Shown: piece after piece, positions 51,901-62,339 of the stretch | Numbering within the stretch: the stretch's first letter is position 1 | How the letters are laid out: the number at the start of each line of letters is the position of its first letter | Origin: Vulcanimicrobiota bacterium | GTDB taxonomy: Bacteria > Vulcanimicrobiota > Vulcanimicrobiia > Vulcanimicrobiales > Vulcanimicrobiaceae | Direction of reading: 5' to 3' | Assembly (NCBI GenBank): GCA_963695225.1 | Contig: OY968762.1 | Span: 1,248,001-1,312,000 of the forward strand | Length of the DNA stretch: 64,000 nucleotides | Made by a program: the position numbers and the translations under genes | Notes under the pieces: generated by a model | Seen by the model: the letters and a program-made list of their open reading frames with translations, nothing else | Databases searched by the model: none | Told to the model about the DNA's origin: nothing

Positions 51901-52064
51901 GACGCGCCGGGATAGCTTGCCGAGACGACCACGATCGGAAACGCGACGTTCGGGAAGAGGCTCACACCGAGCGAGCGGTACGACACCAGCCCGAAGATCG
52001 CAACGGCGATCGCCGCCATCGCGACGATGACGGGTCTGGTAATCGCGAACCGGGTCAACCACAC
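48921..52064 (-). CDS. RND efflux permease (AcrB/AcrD/AcrF family)
   Basis: IGILVDDSIVVLENI, GLVAKNGILLVD, RFRPILMT; SD GGAGG. Confidence 0.96.
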   Translation of the reverse strand: MWLTRFAITRPVIVAMAAIAVAIFGLVSYRSLGVSLFPNVAFPIVVVSASYPGASPAEMEKLVIKPIEDQLDGIDNLDKLSATAQEGTATVVVQFKLDTNLDFAATDVQRRVDTARVNMPADLDPPSVFKNSGTADPILTEALSSKTLSAAALGDLINDRIVPDLKNVAGVVSVDTRGDTPREIYVYPDLGRLAGVGATLSDILGAVASNNANLPGGRIDAKTSETSVSVHADIVDPSDILRLPVPIGNILQQSADTLVPTIGSLATVVDGHQEQRYPTKNNGASAVILDIQRSADSDEIKTTDAVRAAFVELAKQHPDVRFSEIEANADYTHASINGVLQSLMEGILLTAIVMLLFLHAWRNAAVVMIAIPMSLLATFMVMRILNYTIDTISMMGLGLTIGILVDDSIVVLENITRHRDMGEAALDAAYNGRTEIGQAAIAITLVDVVVFLPIAFLSGIVGKYMKEFGIVIVVATLFSLLVSFTLTPLLAGRWSVKNRSEGVPHWAAWFQRLFERVARFYIERALPWGLGHRWITVASGFALVLAALSLVPLGFIGSEFVPSSNTGVLNGAVTFPVGTPLAVTEAALDSFSKEAVKIDGVQSVLTTAGRKPTGWGSTIGGHVGRFTVILDQRRRKETPRALEDLRKLGWTVPGAVFEAQKEGGGGSGTAIYYTLSGPDATLNQAANKLAALIREQPGAINVQTGAEADGPRLNIHIDPARATLLGVSPGDAATAARIAIGGAIATKVRTPSGLIDVRVQLPESTRNDVARVRTVKVRSLSGTLVNLSSIADFTMTKAPTKIERQSRHRIVRVTGDIDSTTTLGNVLAPVDKALATPGFLPPDTKALSAGDAELYQQTFSSMGLALATSVALVYMLMVVLYGSFVEPFVVMFSVPVAIIGALGGLALRHQSLNLFSLIAMIMLFGLVAKNGILLVDYANQMRARGLRVVEAMKAAAATRFRPILMTTCAMIFGMLPLALGLTEGGEERASMGTVLIGGLSSSLVLTLMLVPIVYCGIMGWSERRADKRRKPAAQLPELDVPRVGAGV

Positions 52065-52257
52065 AGGCGCGTCATCCTCCCGAACGGATCGCTACGACCT
52101 CAGGTACGACGATTCCGGTGCGGAAGTTTCGCCGGCGGCGGACGTTCGATCCCCAAGCGATCCCCCGGTTCCCCGGCACCCGTTAGACTGCGCCGGGGAG
52201 CACGGCGTCCGCAGGCGGCCGCGCTCCCGAGCGGGCGGCCTGCTCGAAGCTAAACGA

Positions 52258-52282
52258 GAAGCCCCGCGGACGCGGGGCTTTC
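52258..52282 (-). terminator. Hairpin terminator immediately downstream of tRNA-Leu
   Basis: AAGCCCCGC-GTCC-GCGGGGCTT followed by CTCGTTT on the minus strand. Confidence 0.8.
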
Positions 52283-52283
52283 T

Positions 52284-52370
52284 TGGTGCGCGAGACTGGA
52301 CTCGAACCAGCACGGAATCACTTCCGCTAACCCCTCAAGCTAGTGCGTCTACCAATTCCGCCACTCGCGC
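52284..52370 (-). tRNA. tRNA-Leu (anticodon GAG)
   Basis: GCGCGAGTGGCGGAATTGGTAGACGCACTAGCTTGAGGGGTTAGC...GGTTCGAGTCCAGTCTCGCGCACCA; long variable arm; encoded CCA. Confidence 0.97.
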
Positions 52371-52422
52371 ACGGGGGGGTCAAAGCTCGGGCGCGGGAAA
52401 CGCCGGAGCGATTAACCCGCGT

Positions 52423-52451
52423 ATGGTATCGTATCGGCTGCCGCCACGCAA
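52423..52451 (-). promoter_or_regulatory. Sigma70-type promoter of tRNA-Leu
   Basis: TTGCGT-17 nt-TACCAT about 50 nt upstream of the tRNA. Confidence 0.6.
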
Positions 52452-52483
52452 GAACCAGAACCCGGCAGGGACGGCCTGCAGGC

Positions 52484-53410
52484 TCACTTCATGTTCGGGT
52501 CGAGCGCGTCGCGCAGCCCGTCGCCCAGATAGTTCACGGCGAGGACCGTCACCAGGATGCAGAGGCCGGGGAAGATCGCGACCCAAGGCGCGATCTGCAA
52601 GTTCGACTCCGCGTTCGCGAGCATGTTCCCCCAACTCGCCGTCGGCGGCTGGATCCCGAAACCCAAGAACGAGAGCGCGGACTCCAGCAGGATGACGTTC
52701 GCGATCTCGAGCGTCCCCTGCACGATGATCGGGGCGACGGCATTCGGGAGCAGGTGCCGGAAGATGATCCGCCCGTCGCTGTTCCCCACCGCACGCGCGG
52801 CCTCGGCGAACTCCTTTTCCCGCAAGGAAAGGAACGACGCCCTCACGAGGCGCGCGACCGGCATCCAGCTCAACCCCCCGATGATGACGACGATCGTGAG
52901 GACCCCGAGCGAGGCTTTCGAGGACGAGGCCGACACGATCGCCGTCAGGACCAAGAGCAACGGCAGGAGCGGGATCGACAAGAACACGTCGGTCAGGCGC
53001 ATGATCCAGTAGTCGACCCTGCCGCCGTAGTAGCCGGCGATCGCGCCGAGGAACGTCCCGATCGAGAGTTCCATCAAGACGGCGAACGACGCGACCATCA
53101 GCGAGATCTGGCCGCCGTACATCAACCGCGACAGCAGATCGCGGCCGTTCTCGTCGGTCCCGAGGATGTGCCCGGCGACGCCCGGGGCGAGCGGCGTACC
53201 TTGCCAATTCGTCTGATCGATCAAGTTCGGGTCGGCCGGCGCGATGAAGCGCGCGAGCGAGACGACGATCACGATCAGGGTCAGCACGACCGCGCCGGTC
53301 AGCGCGAGCTTGTGGCGCCGGAAGCGTTTCCAGACGCCGTGCCGTTCGACTTGAAATTCTTCTTCCGGCGCGGCGGGGACGGCGCCGGTCGGGAGCGTTG
53401 CGGTTGCCAT
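52484..53410 (-). CDS. oppC: Peptide ABC transporter permease OppC/DppC
   Basis: LGTDENGRD, EFAEAARAVG, HLLPN, ESALSFLGFG, GDGLRDALDP. Confidence 0.93.
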   Translation of the reverse strand: MATATLPTGAVPAAPEEEFQVERHGVWKRFRRHKLALTGAVVLTLIVIVVSLARFIAPADPNLIDQTNWQGTPLAPGVAGHILGTDENGRDLLSRLMYGGQISLMVASFAVLMELSIGTFLGAIAGYYGGRVDYWIMRLTDVFLSIPLLPLLLVLTAIVSASSSKASLGVLTIVVIIGGLSWMPVARLVRASFLSLREKEFAEAARAVGNSDGRIIFRHLLPNAVAPIIVQGTLEIANVILLESALSFLGFGIQPPTASWGNMLANAESNLQIAPWVAIFPGLCILVTVLAVNYLGDGLRDALDPNMK

Positions 53411-53414
53411 CGTC

Positions 53415-54386
53415 TCAGTCGTACGTCACGCGCGGATCGAGCCACGCGTACGCCAGATCGGCAACCAGATTGAACAGCACGACGAGGAACGAGATCATCA
53501 TCAGGTAGCCCATCAGCAACGGGAAATCTTGCTGGCCGAGCGCGTTGATGAAGAGCCGGCCCATCCCGGGCCACGCGAAGATCGATTCCGTGATCACGGC
53601 ACCCGCGACGAGCCCGGGGAGGCTCAAAGCGATCACCGTCACGACCGGGATCAGCGCGTTCTTGAGCCCGTGCCGCAAGATCACGGTCGCGCGGTCGAGC
53701 CCTTTCGCGGAGGCCGTGCGCATGTAGTCCGTCTTGATCACTTCGAGCATCGAACTGCGCGTGAAGCGGCTCCAGGTCGCGATGTACAAGAGGCTGAGCA
53801 CGACCGTCGGCAGGATCAGATGAACGAGCCGGTCACCGAGCGGGCAGGCGTCGTCGGCGCACATTCCGGCGGATGGGAGCGCGATGTGATATCCGAACGC
53901 GGTTATGCCGACGACGGCGAACGCGAGTTGCAGCATCAGCGCGAACCAGAAGACGGGCATGGACTGGCCGAAGAACGCGAACGTCGTCACGGCGTAGTCC
54001 CCGAACGAGTAGGGCCGCACCGCGGCGAAGATCCCGGCCGCGACGCCGATGAAGAGCGAGACGACGAACGCGCTCGTCATCAACAGCAGGGTCGCCGGAA
54101 GCCGGTCGAGGATCGCCCCGACGACCGTCATCGAATTCGACGTCGAGTATCCGAAATCGCCGTGCAGGACGAGCCACAGCCAGCGCGCGTAGCGGACCGG
54201 CAAAGGCTGGTCGAGTCCGAAGTTGTGCTTGAGGCGCTCGATATCGGCCGGCGTGATGTGGGGGTTCTGCAGGTAGGGTGCCAACGGGCCGCCGGGCGCA
54301 TTCGAGAGGATCCAGTACAGGATCATCGAGATGAACAGGAGCAGCGGAACCGCCTGTAAGCTCCTGCGAATGACGTACGTGAACAG
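53415..54386 (-). CDS. oppB: Peptide ABC transporter permease OppB/DppB (probable CTG start at 54386)
   Basis: GLDQP, GDFGYS, RLPAT, TASAKGL, RHGLKNA, LDPRV; SD GGAGG 9 nt before CTG-TTC-ACG-TAC. Confidence 0.92.
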   Translation of the reverse strand: MFTYVIRRSLQAVPLLLFISMILYWILSNAPGGPLAPYLQNPHITPADIERLKHNFGLDQPLPVRYARWLWLVLHGDFGYSTSNSMTVVGAILDRLPATLLLMTSAFVVSLFIGVAAGIFAAVRPYSFGDYAVTTFAFFGQSMPVFWFALMLQLAFAVVGITAFGYHIALPSAGMCADDACPLGDRLVHLILPTVVLSLLYIATWSRFTRSSMLEVIKTDYMRTASAKGLDRATVILRHGLKNALIPVVTVIALSLPGLVAGAVITESIFAWPGMGRLFINALGQQDFPLLMGYLMMISFLVVLFNLVADLAYAWLDPRVTYD

Positions 54387-54454
54387 GTTGCGATGCCTCC
54401 GGGCTGCAGAACGGAATCCCCTACGGCAGCCCTCAGGGGAATCCTGTGACGCGC

Positions 54455-55276
54455 CTAGCGCGCGGGGATCGGCAAGCCGAGCAGGCGGCGGGCCTCTCCC
54501 GGCGTCGCGACGGGGCGGCCGAGTTCGCCCGCGAGGCGGACGACGCGGGCGACCAACTCCTCGTTCGTCGCGAGCCGCCCCTTAGAATAGTAGATGTTGT
54601 CCTCGAGCCCGACCCGGACGTGCCCGCCCATCGCGAGCGCCGCCATCGCGAGCGTGAGTTGCATCGGCCCGATCCCGGCGACCGACCACGTGCAACCTGC
54701 CGGAAGGTCCCGCACTAGGCCGGCGAGGTGCTCGACGGAGGCGTCGAGTCCGCCGGGGACGCCGAGGACGAAAGCGACGTGCTGCGGGAACGAGACGAGG
54801 CCTTCCCGCGCCAGCCGCTTCGCGTTCGAGAGATGCCCCGCGTCGAAGATCTCGAGCTCCGGCCGGACGCCGTGGAGTCGCATCCGCGCGAGCATCGCGC
54901 GCATCAGCGGGAAGCCGTTCTCGAAGATCTCGTCGCCGAAGTTGACGGTCCCGCAGGTCAAGGTCGCCATCTCCGGGCGGAGTTCGAGCGGCGCCGCGCG
55001 TTCCTCGAACGTCATCCCGATCGAGCCTCCGGTCGAGAACTGGACGATCAGATCGCTCTCGCGCCGGATCGCTTCGAACGCCTCGCGAAACCTCGCGACC
55101 TCGTGCGTGTTCGTTCCGTCGTCGCGACGGCAGTGGACGTGGATCAGCGAAGCGCCCGCCGCGCGAACGCGTTTCGCCGTCTCGCCCAAGAGCGCGGGCG
55201 TATACGGCAGATGCGGCACGCGCTCGAGCGTCAACTCGGCGCCGACCGGGGCGACCGTAACGATCAACGGTTCCAT
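54455..55276 (-). CDS. kce: 3-keto-5-aminohexanoate cleavage enzyme family (BKACE/DUF849)
   Basis: LIVTVAPVGAE, IHVHCR, QFSTGG, PELEIFD, HVRVGLED. Confidence 0.9.
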   Translation of the reverse strand: MEPLIVTVAPVGAELTLERVPHLPYTPALLGETAKRVRAAGASLIHVHCRRDDGTNTHEVARFREAFEAIRRESDLIVQFSTGGSIGMTFEERAAPLELRPEMATLTCGTVNFGDEIFENGFPLMRAMLARMRLHGVRPELEIFDAGHLSNAKRLAREGLVSFPQHVAFVLGVPGGLDASVEHLAGLVRDLPAGCTWSVAGIGPMQLTLAMAALAMGGHVRVGLEDNIYYSKGRLATNEELVARVVRLAGELGRPVATPGEARRLLGLPIPAR

Positions 55277-55306
55277 GGAAGCTCGCTTCGACGCTCGGGC
55301 CCGCGC

Positions 55307-55870
55307 TCAGCCCCCGCCGAAGTAATGGTGTGCGGCGAAGAACAGGCCGGTGAGGATCAACACCACGCCGGCGAACGTTCCCGCTTGCGCCTCGACGCGG
55401 GAGCCGAGAAGCTTCCCGAACGCCAATCCCGCCGTCGTCGAAAGGAGCGAGACGAGCGCGATCGCGCCGAGCGTGATCGGAAGCGGAACGCCGATGTAGA
55501 CGATCGAGAATCCTATCCCGAGCGAATCGAGGCTGATCGAGAGAGCGGCGAGGAACAAGCCCCAGCCCTTCGAGAGGTCGAACCCCGCTTCGTCCGTTTC
55601 CCGCAGCGTCTCGACGATCATGTAGATCCCGACGCCGACGAGTGCGGCATACCCCAGATACCCCGCGATCTCTCCGAGCAGCCTCCCCGCAGCCGCGCCG
55701 AGCAACACGCCGATCAACGACATTCCCACCTCGGCGCACGCGAACGCGAGCCCTATGCGGATCTTCTGGGGCAGCGGCACGCCGCGAACTCCGACGCCGA
55801 TCGAAACGGCGAAGACATCGAGCCCGAGGGAGAGCGCGACGAGGGCGACTTTGAGCGCGGCGGAGTACAC
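55307..55870 (-). CDS. mntP: Manganese efflux pump MntP family
   Basis: LSLGLDVFAVSIG and LSISLDSLGIG duplicated motifs; six TM segments. Confidence 0.85.
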   Translation of the reverse strand: MYSAALKVALVALSLGLDVFAVSIGVGVRGVPLPQKIRIGLAFACAEVGMSLIGVLLGAAAGRLLGEIAGYLGYAALVGVGIYMIVETLRETDEAGFDLSKGWGLFLAALSISLDSLGIGFSIVYIGVPLPITLGAIALVSLLSTTAGLAFGKLLGSRVEAQAGTFAGVVLILTGLFFAAHHYFGGG

Positions 55871-55881
55871 GAGGCCCCCCC

Positions 55882-56307
55882 TTACGCCAAGAAGCGGCCG
55901 ACCTCCGTCCGGCGTTCCGCCCCGCCGATCAGCCGCCCGACCGTGCGCCGCAATACGCTCATCGAAAACGGTTTGCACAAGAAGGCTTCGATGCCCGCGG
56001 CGCGCGCGCGCATCCCGTCGTCGAGAGCGACGTGCCCCGAGATCATGAGCACCGGCGTCGCGCGCGCGCCGCTCTCGCGCAGCCGCTCGACGAATTCGAC
56101 GCCGCACAGCCCGGGGAGCCCGTAGTCGGAGACGATCAGATCGAAGCGCTCCCCCGTTTCGAGCAACTCCAGCGCGGCTTCCGCGTCGGGGACGACGGTA
56201 ACGGCGGCGGCTGGGCGCAACACGAGCGCCAGCAAAGCGCCGATGTCGGGGTCGTCCTCCGCGACCAGCACCCGGATCGCCGCATGCTGCGTATTAGGTG
56301 CGTCCAT
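55882..56307 (-). CDS. Single-domain response regulator
   Basis: VLVAEDD, IVSDYGLP, ISG, KPF. Confidence 0.9.
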   Translation of the reverse strand: MDAPNTQHAAIRVLVAEDDPDIGALLALVLRPAAAVTVVPDAEAALELLETGERFDLIVSDYGLPGLCGVEFVERLRESGARATPVLMISGHVALDDGMRARAAGIEAFLCKPFSMSVLRRTVGRLIGGAERRTEVGRFLA

Positions 56308-56417
56308 CACCTCGAAATTGAGGCGGATCGCTCGCCCGCTCCTACGCCGAACGCGCTCCGGCGCGTAAAGAATCCGTTGCAGAGGCCGCCGTCGCAAGCC
56401 GTCGAAGCGAAAAACCG

Positions 56418-57311
56418 ATGTCCGTCATCGATCGTTTGCTCGCCCCCGAGTCGTCCTTCCAGAGCCGCTTCTTCTTTCTCGCGAAGCGCTTCGTTCCGGG
56501 CGAGACGATCGCAGCGGCACTCGACGCCGTGCGCGAGTTGAACGCGCAAGGCCAGACCGCGACGCTCGACTTCCTCGGCGAGGACGTGCTGGACCGCGCG
56601 CTCGCGACCCGCACGAAGAACACGTATCTCGAGATGCTCGATGCGATCGAGCGCAGCGGCCTCACAACGAACGTCTCGGTCAAGCTGACCGCGATGGGCC
56701 TGATGATCGATGAGGATTTCGCGCTGGCGAACCTCCGCGAGATCGTGGCGCGTGCGGCTTCGCTCGCCGACCCGTTCGTGCGCATCGACATGGAGGGTAG
56801 TGCGGTCACGGACGCGACGCTCCGCCTCTTCGAGCGGATGTTCGCCGAGCGCCGGAACGTCGGGCCCGTTATCCAGGCCCTTCTGCGGCGCTCTCCCGGC
56901 GACGTGGAGCGCGCGATCGCGCTCGGGGCACGCGTCCGCCTGTGCAAGGGCGCGTACAACGAGCCGCCGCAGATCGCGCACCCGCACATGGCGACGATCC
57001 GGCGCGAGTATCTGCGCATGGCGGAGGCGCTCCTCGAGCGCGGGAACCATCCGGGGATCGCGACCCACGACGAGCGCGTTATCGACGCCGTCAAAGCGTT
57101 CACGACGGAGCGCTGGATCTCTCCGCAGAGCTTCGAGTTCCAAATGCTGTACGGCGTGCGCCCCGAGAAGCAGCGAGAACTCGTGCGCGAAGGCTACCGC
57201 GTGCGAATTTACGTGCCGTTCGGCACGCACTGGGCGGGCTATTTCTACCGGCGCGTCGCGGAGCGCAAAGAGAACGCGTTCTTCGCGCTCACGTCGCTCG
57301 TCCGCAAGTAG
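56418..57311 (+). CDS. Monofunctional proline dehydrogenase
   Basis: RFVPGE, SVKLT, RIDME, VRLCKGAY, IATHD, FQMLYG, YFYRRVAER. Confidence 0.95.
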   Translation: MSVIDRLLAPESSFQSRFFFLAKRFVPGETIAAALDAVRELNAQGQTATLDFLGEDVLDRALATRTKNTYLEMLDAIERSGLTTNVSVKLTAMGLMIDEDFALANLREIVARAASLADPFVRIDMEGSAVTDATLRLFERMFAERRNVGPVIQALLRRSPGDVERAIALGARVRLCKGAYNEPPQIAHPHMATIRREYLRMAEALLERGNHPGIATHDERVIDAVKAFTTERWISPQSFEFQMLYGVRPEKQRELVREGYRVRIYVPFGTHWAGYFYRRVAERKENAFFALTSLVRK

Positions 57312-57318
57312 GCTACGT

Positions 57319-57894
57319 CTACGCGAGCTCGTCGTAGCGGAAGCAGCCGGCGCGATGATCGTTTACCATGCCGGTCGCCTGCATGAACGCATAGACGATC
57401 GTCGATCCGACGAAGCGGAAACCGCGCGCGCGGAGATCCCGGCTGAGCCGGTCGGAGCGCTCGGTCGTTGCGGGCAGTTCGTCGTGCTGCTTCCACGCGT
57501 TCCGAATCGGCGCGCCGTCGACGAACCGCCACACGTACGCATCGAAGGAACCGAACTCCGCTTGCACTTCGAGATACCGCTTCGCATTCTCGACCGAGGC
57601 GGCGATCTTCAAACGGTTGCGGACGATGCCGGGATCCACGACGAGCGCCGCGACGTCGGCTGCCCCGAAGCGGGCGACGAGGCGCGGGTCGAAGCCCGCG
57701 TACACCTCCCGGTAGCGGGCCCGCTTGGCGAGGATCGTTTCCCAACTGAGGCCCGCCTGCGCGCCTTCGAGGATCAGGAATTCGAAGAGCGCCCGGTCGT
57801 CGTGGAGCGGGACGCCCCATTCCTCATCGTGGTAGGGGATCGAGAGCGCCGACCTCGCCCAGTCGCAGCGGGGGAGTCCCGATTCCCGGCCCAT
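57319..57894 (-). CDS. tag: DNA-3-methyladenine glycosylase I
   Basis: RCDW, YHDEEWG, LEGAQAGLSW, IVRNRLK, FVGSTI, NDH...C. Confidence 0.96.
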   Translation of the reverse strand: MGRESGLPRCDWARSALSIPYHDEEWGVPLHDDRALFEFLILEGAQAGLSWETILAKRARYREVYAGFDPRLVARFGAADVAALVVDPGIVRNRLKIAASVENAKRYLEVQAEFGSFDAYVWRFVDGAPIRNAWKQHDELPATTERSDRLSRDLRARGFRFVGSTIVYAFMQATGMVNDHRAGCFRYDELA

Positions 57895-58267
57895 CAGGGG
57901 TTCGGGCGTCCGATTTCGCGCATTCGGCCGTTTTCAAGCTCGGGCGCGCCGGCCCCGGCACGGGGATGACCCGGCGGGGCTAGCGGCCCGCCGCCGGCGA
58001 GCAATTCAAGGGGACGGAGCGCGAACTTTCCCGGCCGAACCGCACTCAAAACGGTTGTGTCCCAGATCTCTCGCAGCAAACGCCTATAGCATTGAGAGGC
58101 AAAACAAGAGTATGATGGATGAGCCAGACCTAAATTCTCTTGTTGCCGCGCGTAACGCGTAACGAACGTCCAATTGGGCAAGTACGTTAATAAGTGGCAG
58201 GCGTACAAGAGCCCTCTCCCTTGAGGCGAGCGGCGAAGCCTGGCACCCCCCAGGAAGGCCCCCCAAC

Positions 58268-58603
58268 ATGTCAACAATCAAACGCAAGTCCGGAGGCGGT
58301 ATGACTGTCCGCGAAGCAGGCCAAAAAGGCGGCGAGACCGTCAAGCGGAAGTACGGACCCGAATTCTACGAACAGATCGGCCGCAAGGGCGGTCAAGCGA
58401 CGAAACTCGCGCACGGCCATGCCTTCTACGAAGAAATCGGGAAGAAGGGCGGCAAGAAAGGCGGCGAGGCGACTCGCGACCGTTACGGCCCGACATTCTA
58501 CGAGGAGATCGGCCAAAAGGGCGGACAGAAAGTGAAAGCCCTCATCGAAGCCGGTAAGAAAGCTGCGGCCGCGATCCGCGAAACCGAGAAAAAAGCCTCG
58601 TAA
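58268..58603 (+). CDS. KGG-repeat general stress protein (GsiB/Em-like)
   Basis: MTVREAGQKGG plus three FYE(E/Q)IG(R/K/Q)KGG repeats; SD AGGAAGG. Confidence 0.92.
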   Translation: MSTIKRKSGGGMTVREAGQKGGETVKRKYGPEFYEQIGRKGGQATKLAHGHAFYEEIGKKGGKKGGEATRDRYGPTFYEEIGQKGGQKVKALIEAGKKAAAAIRETEKKAS

Positions 58604-59305
58604 GTGACCGACCCCCGCGTGGCGGCGGGGGTCGCGTGCTGCGCTCTTTCGGCAGGGCTCGCCCTGGCCGGGACAGGCGCGTTCGCGCTCTCGCCGCCCC
58701 AACCACTGCGTGGAAGTCCGAGCCCGACGGCAAGCCCGCCGCCTAGCAGCAGTTCGGTCATGGCGGCTGGGACCTTGCTCGATCTCGTCCTCGACGAGGC
58801 CATCGATTCACGCTCGACGCCGGCCGGGACGCTCGTCAAAGTGCATCTCGAAAAGCCGCTCGAAGTCGGCGGGATCGTGCTTGCCGCTGCCGGGGCGCCC
58901 GGGAATCTCAAGGTCGTCGCCGCACGCAAGGCGGACGCGCCCGACCACGACGGATCCCTCGAAATCTACCTCGAACCGTTCCCGCTGGCCGGGCATGGGC
59001 TTCTGCCGTTGCGGGCAGTGGCGGAGTTCTTGACGGTCGAGGCGGGCGCCGGTCGGAAGGCGCGCGATCTCACGCTCCCGGCGGGCTCGATCGTCCGAGC
59101 GCGGACCGGCGCGACGATCGATGCCACGAACCCGGCGGCGATCGCCATCATCATGCCTGCGCCGTTCGTGACGAACACGGATCCGATCCATTCGGATTTC
59201 ACGCCGATTCCGCTCTTCACGTTCGCGCCCGCGCCGCCGAAGCGCCCAAGACCGAGCCCCTCGCCGAGTCCCTCGGCAAGCGCGACTCCGCCGGCCGCGA
59301 GTTAG
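58604..59305 (+). CDS. Secreted hypothetical protein
   Basis: Signal peptide; beta-rich core GTLLDLVLDEAIDS...GTLVKVHL; Pro/Ser-rich tails; starts immediately after the KGG gene stop. Confidence 0.7.
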   Translation: MTDPRVAAGVACCALSAGLALAGTGAFALSPPQPLRGSPSPTASPPPSSSSVMAAGTLLDLVLDEAIDSRSTPAGTLVKVHLEKPLEVGGIVLAAAGAPGNLKVVAARKADAPDHDGSLEIYLEPFPLAGHGLLPLRAVAEFLTVEAGAGRKARDLTLPAGSIVRARTGATIDATNPAAIAIIMPAPFVTNTDPIHSDFTPIPLFTFAPAPPKRPRPSPSPSPSASATPPAAS

Positions 59306-59325
59306 CGCTCGGGGATCCGTTCGAG

Positions 59326-60495
<1,170 letters not shown>

Positions 60496-60506
60496 GATGC
60501 TGGTCC

Positions 60507-62339
60507 TCACCTCCTTTCCGAGCCGGGCCCTGGGGCCGGCCGAGTTCCCAAACGTTTTCGAGCAGCAAGCTCTACCCTTTCGACAAGCCGACGCAATTCG
60601 TCTTTTTCTTCGTCGGGCACCGGCTCGCCGCTCGCAAACCGCCTTTCGATCCGTGCGTCGAGTTCTTGCTTCCGGCGCAGATCCTCCGCCTCGGCCAAGG
60701 TCTCGACGATCCGATCCAAGTGCACCCGCCGCGAGGCCGAGTCCACGAATCTGATCGAGCGCGTACGATCTGCTTTCTGCAACCCGGCCAAGGCTTGGAT
60801 CGCTGCAACGTCGTCGCCGAAGGGCGCGAAGACATCCGAGGAGGTCCGCAGGGCTTCGGCGTGCTGGAGCAGCCGCTCGTAGAGCGCACGCAGCGACTCA
60901 TCCTTGAACGCCGAGAGCGGGATGCGCTCCGCATATTCCGCCAGCAGGGCCGGTTCTTCGAGGATCGTCGTCAGCACGTCCCGGTCCAAGCGCATCGGCT
61001 CCGCCGCCGGAGCGCTGCGCACGAAACGCGGCGCCCCCGGTTCGCGCGGCTGAAAGTTCGCACGGTTCGCCATGAAACGGGTGGCGCGCAGGTCGTCGAC
61101 CGAGAGGCCGAGCCGGTTCGCCGCGTAGACGCGCCACTTGTCCCACTCTTCGCGAGGAAGCGATTGCACGAGCGTTTCGGCCTCTCGCGCGATCGCGCTC
61201 GCACCGACGAAGCGCGTGCGGATCTGCGCGATCCTCCGCTCGAGTTGGAACTCCATCCACGGAACCGCCGCGTCGAGCCTGGCTTGGAACGCAGCAGAAC
61301 CGTGCCCCCGTACGAAGCTGTCGGGATCCTCGCCCGGCGGCAGGTCCACGATCCGCGGGCTGCAACGGGCCGCGACGAGCAGTTCGATCGACTTCGCGGT
61401 CGCCGCGCTCCCCGCCGCATCCGCATCGAAGCAGACGAAGACGTGCTCCGCGTGCTTGCGCAGTTCCGCGGCCTGCTCGGCCGTGAACGCGGTCCCAAGC
61501 GAGGCGACCGCGTTCGTGAAACCGGCTTGATGCAGCGCGATGCAATCGAGATAGCCTTCGACGACGATCAGCGACCCGCGCTGCGCCGCCCCGCGGCGCG
61601 CGCGTTCGAGCGCGAAGAGCCCGCGCCCCTTCGTGTAGACGGGCGTCGTGCTCGTGTTCAGATACTTCGGCTCCGAGCCGTCGAGCGCGCGCGCGCCGAA
61701 CGCGACGACTTCGCCGGTCGTCGCGTGCGTCGGGATCATGAGGCGACCGCGGTAGAAATCGTAATAGCCGCGCTGACCCTGCTTGACGAGCCCCGCGCGG
61801 GCCGCTAGCGCAAGATCGATGCCGTTTGCCGTCAACTCGCCGACGAGCGCATCCCAGCGGTCCGGCGAGTAACCGAGCCGGAACGACTCGATCGTCGCGG
61901 CGGTAAGGCCGCGCTCCGCGCAATACGCGCGGGCTCCGGCCGCTTCCGGCGAGAGCATCAACGTGCGGTTGAAGAACGCCGCCGCCAGTTCGTTCGCCTC
62001 GTAGATCGCCTCCTTCTCCGTGCGCGCGCGCGCCGTGGCGGGCGTCTCCGCCTCGACCTCGACGCCGGCTCGCCGCGCGAGCTCGCGCACGGCCTCCGGG
62101 AACGTGAGGTTCTCGAGCTTCTGAAAGAACGTGATGACGTCGCCGCCGGCGCCGCACCCGAAGCACTTGAAGAAGCCCCGATCGGGGTGGACGTGAAACG
62201 ACGGCGTCCTCTCCCCGTGGAACGGGCAGAGCCCGACGAGATCGTTCCCGCGTTTGCGCAGCGCGACGTAGCCCCCGATGAAGGTGCCGATGTCGATCCG
62301 CGAGCGAACCTCGCGCGTGACGTCTTGGTCGAACCGCAC
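60507..62339 (-). CDS. dnaG: DNA primase
   Basis: CPFH..RTPSF...CFGC zinc finger, KYLN, VEGYLD, FDADAAG, DPD. Confidence 0.97.
   Translation of the reverse strand: MRFDQDVTREVRSRIDIGTFIGGYVALRKRGNDLVGLCPFHGERTPSFHVHPDRGFFKCFGCGAGGDVITFFQKLENLTFPEAVRELARRAGVEVEAETPATARARTEKEAIYEANELAAAFFNRTLMLSPEAAGARAYCAERGLTAATIESFRLGYSPDRWDALVGELTANGIDLALAARAGLVKQGQRGYYDFYRGRLMIPTHATTGEVVAFGARALDGSEPKYLNTSTTPVYTKGRGLFALERARRGAAQRGSLIVVEGYLDCIALHQAGFTNAVASLGTAFTAEQAAELRKHAEHVFVCFDADAAGSAATAKSIELLVAARCSPRIVDLPPGEDPDSFVRGHGSAAFQARLDAAVPWMEFQLERRIAQIRTRFVGASAIAREAETLVQSLPREEWDKWRVYAANRLGLSVDDLRATRFMANRANFQPREPGAPRFVRSAPAAEPMRLDRDVLTTILEEPALLAEYAERIPLSAFKDESLRALYERLLQHAEALRTSSDVFAPFGDDVAAIQALAGLQKADRTRSIRFVDSASRRVHLDRIVETLAEAEDLRRKQELDARIERRFASGEPVPDEEKDELRRLVERVELAARKRLGTRPAPGPGSERR

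Noticed and set aside
48985..52253. Very long alternative-frame and antisense ORFs over the RND gene (likewise over gltB and others)
   Set aside because: Expected with extreme GC3 bias; Arg/Ala-rich with no recognisable motifs
52284..52370. tRNA-Leu as an integration site
   Set aside because: No duplicated 3' end or adjacent integrase; directly followed by a terminator and a host-like gene
58095..58140. GGCAAAAC...CCTAAA resembling a c-di-GMP-I riboswitch
   Set aside because: No GAAA tetraloop stem or GACGCAAA segment
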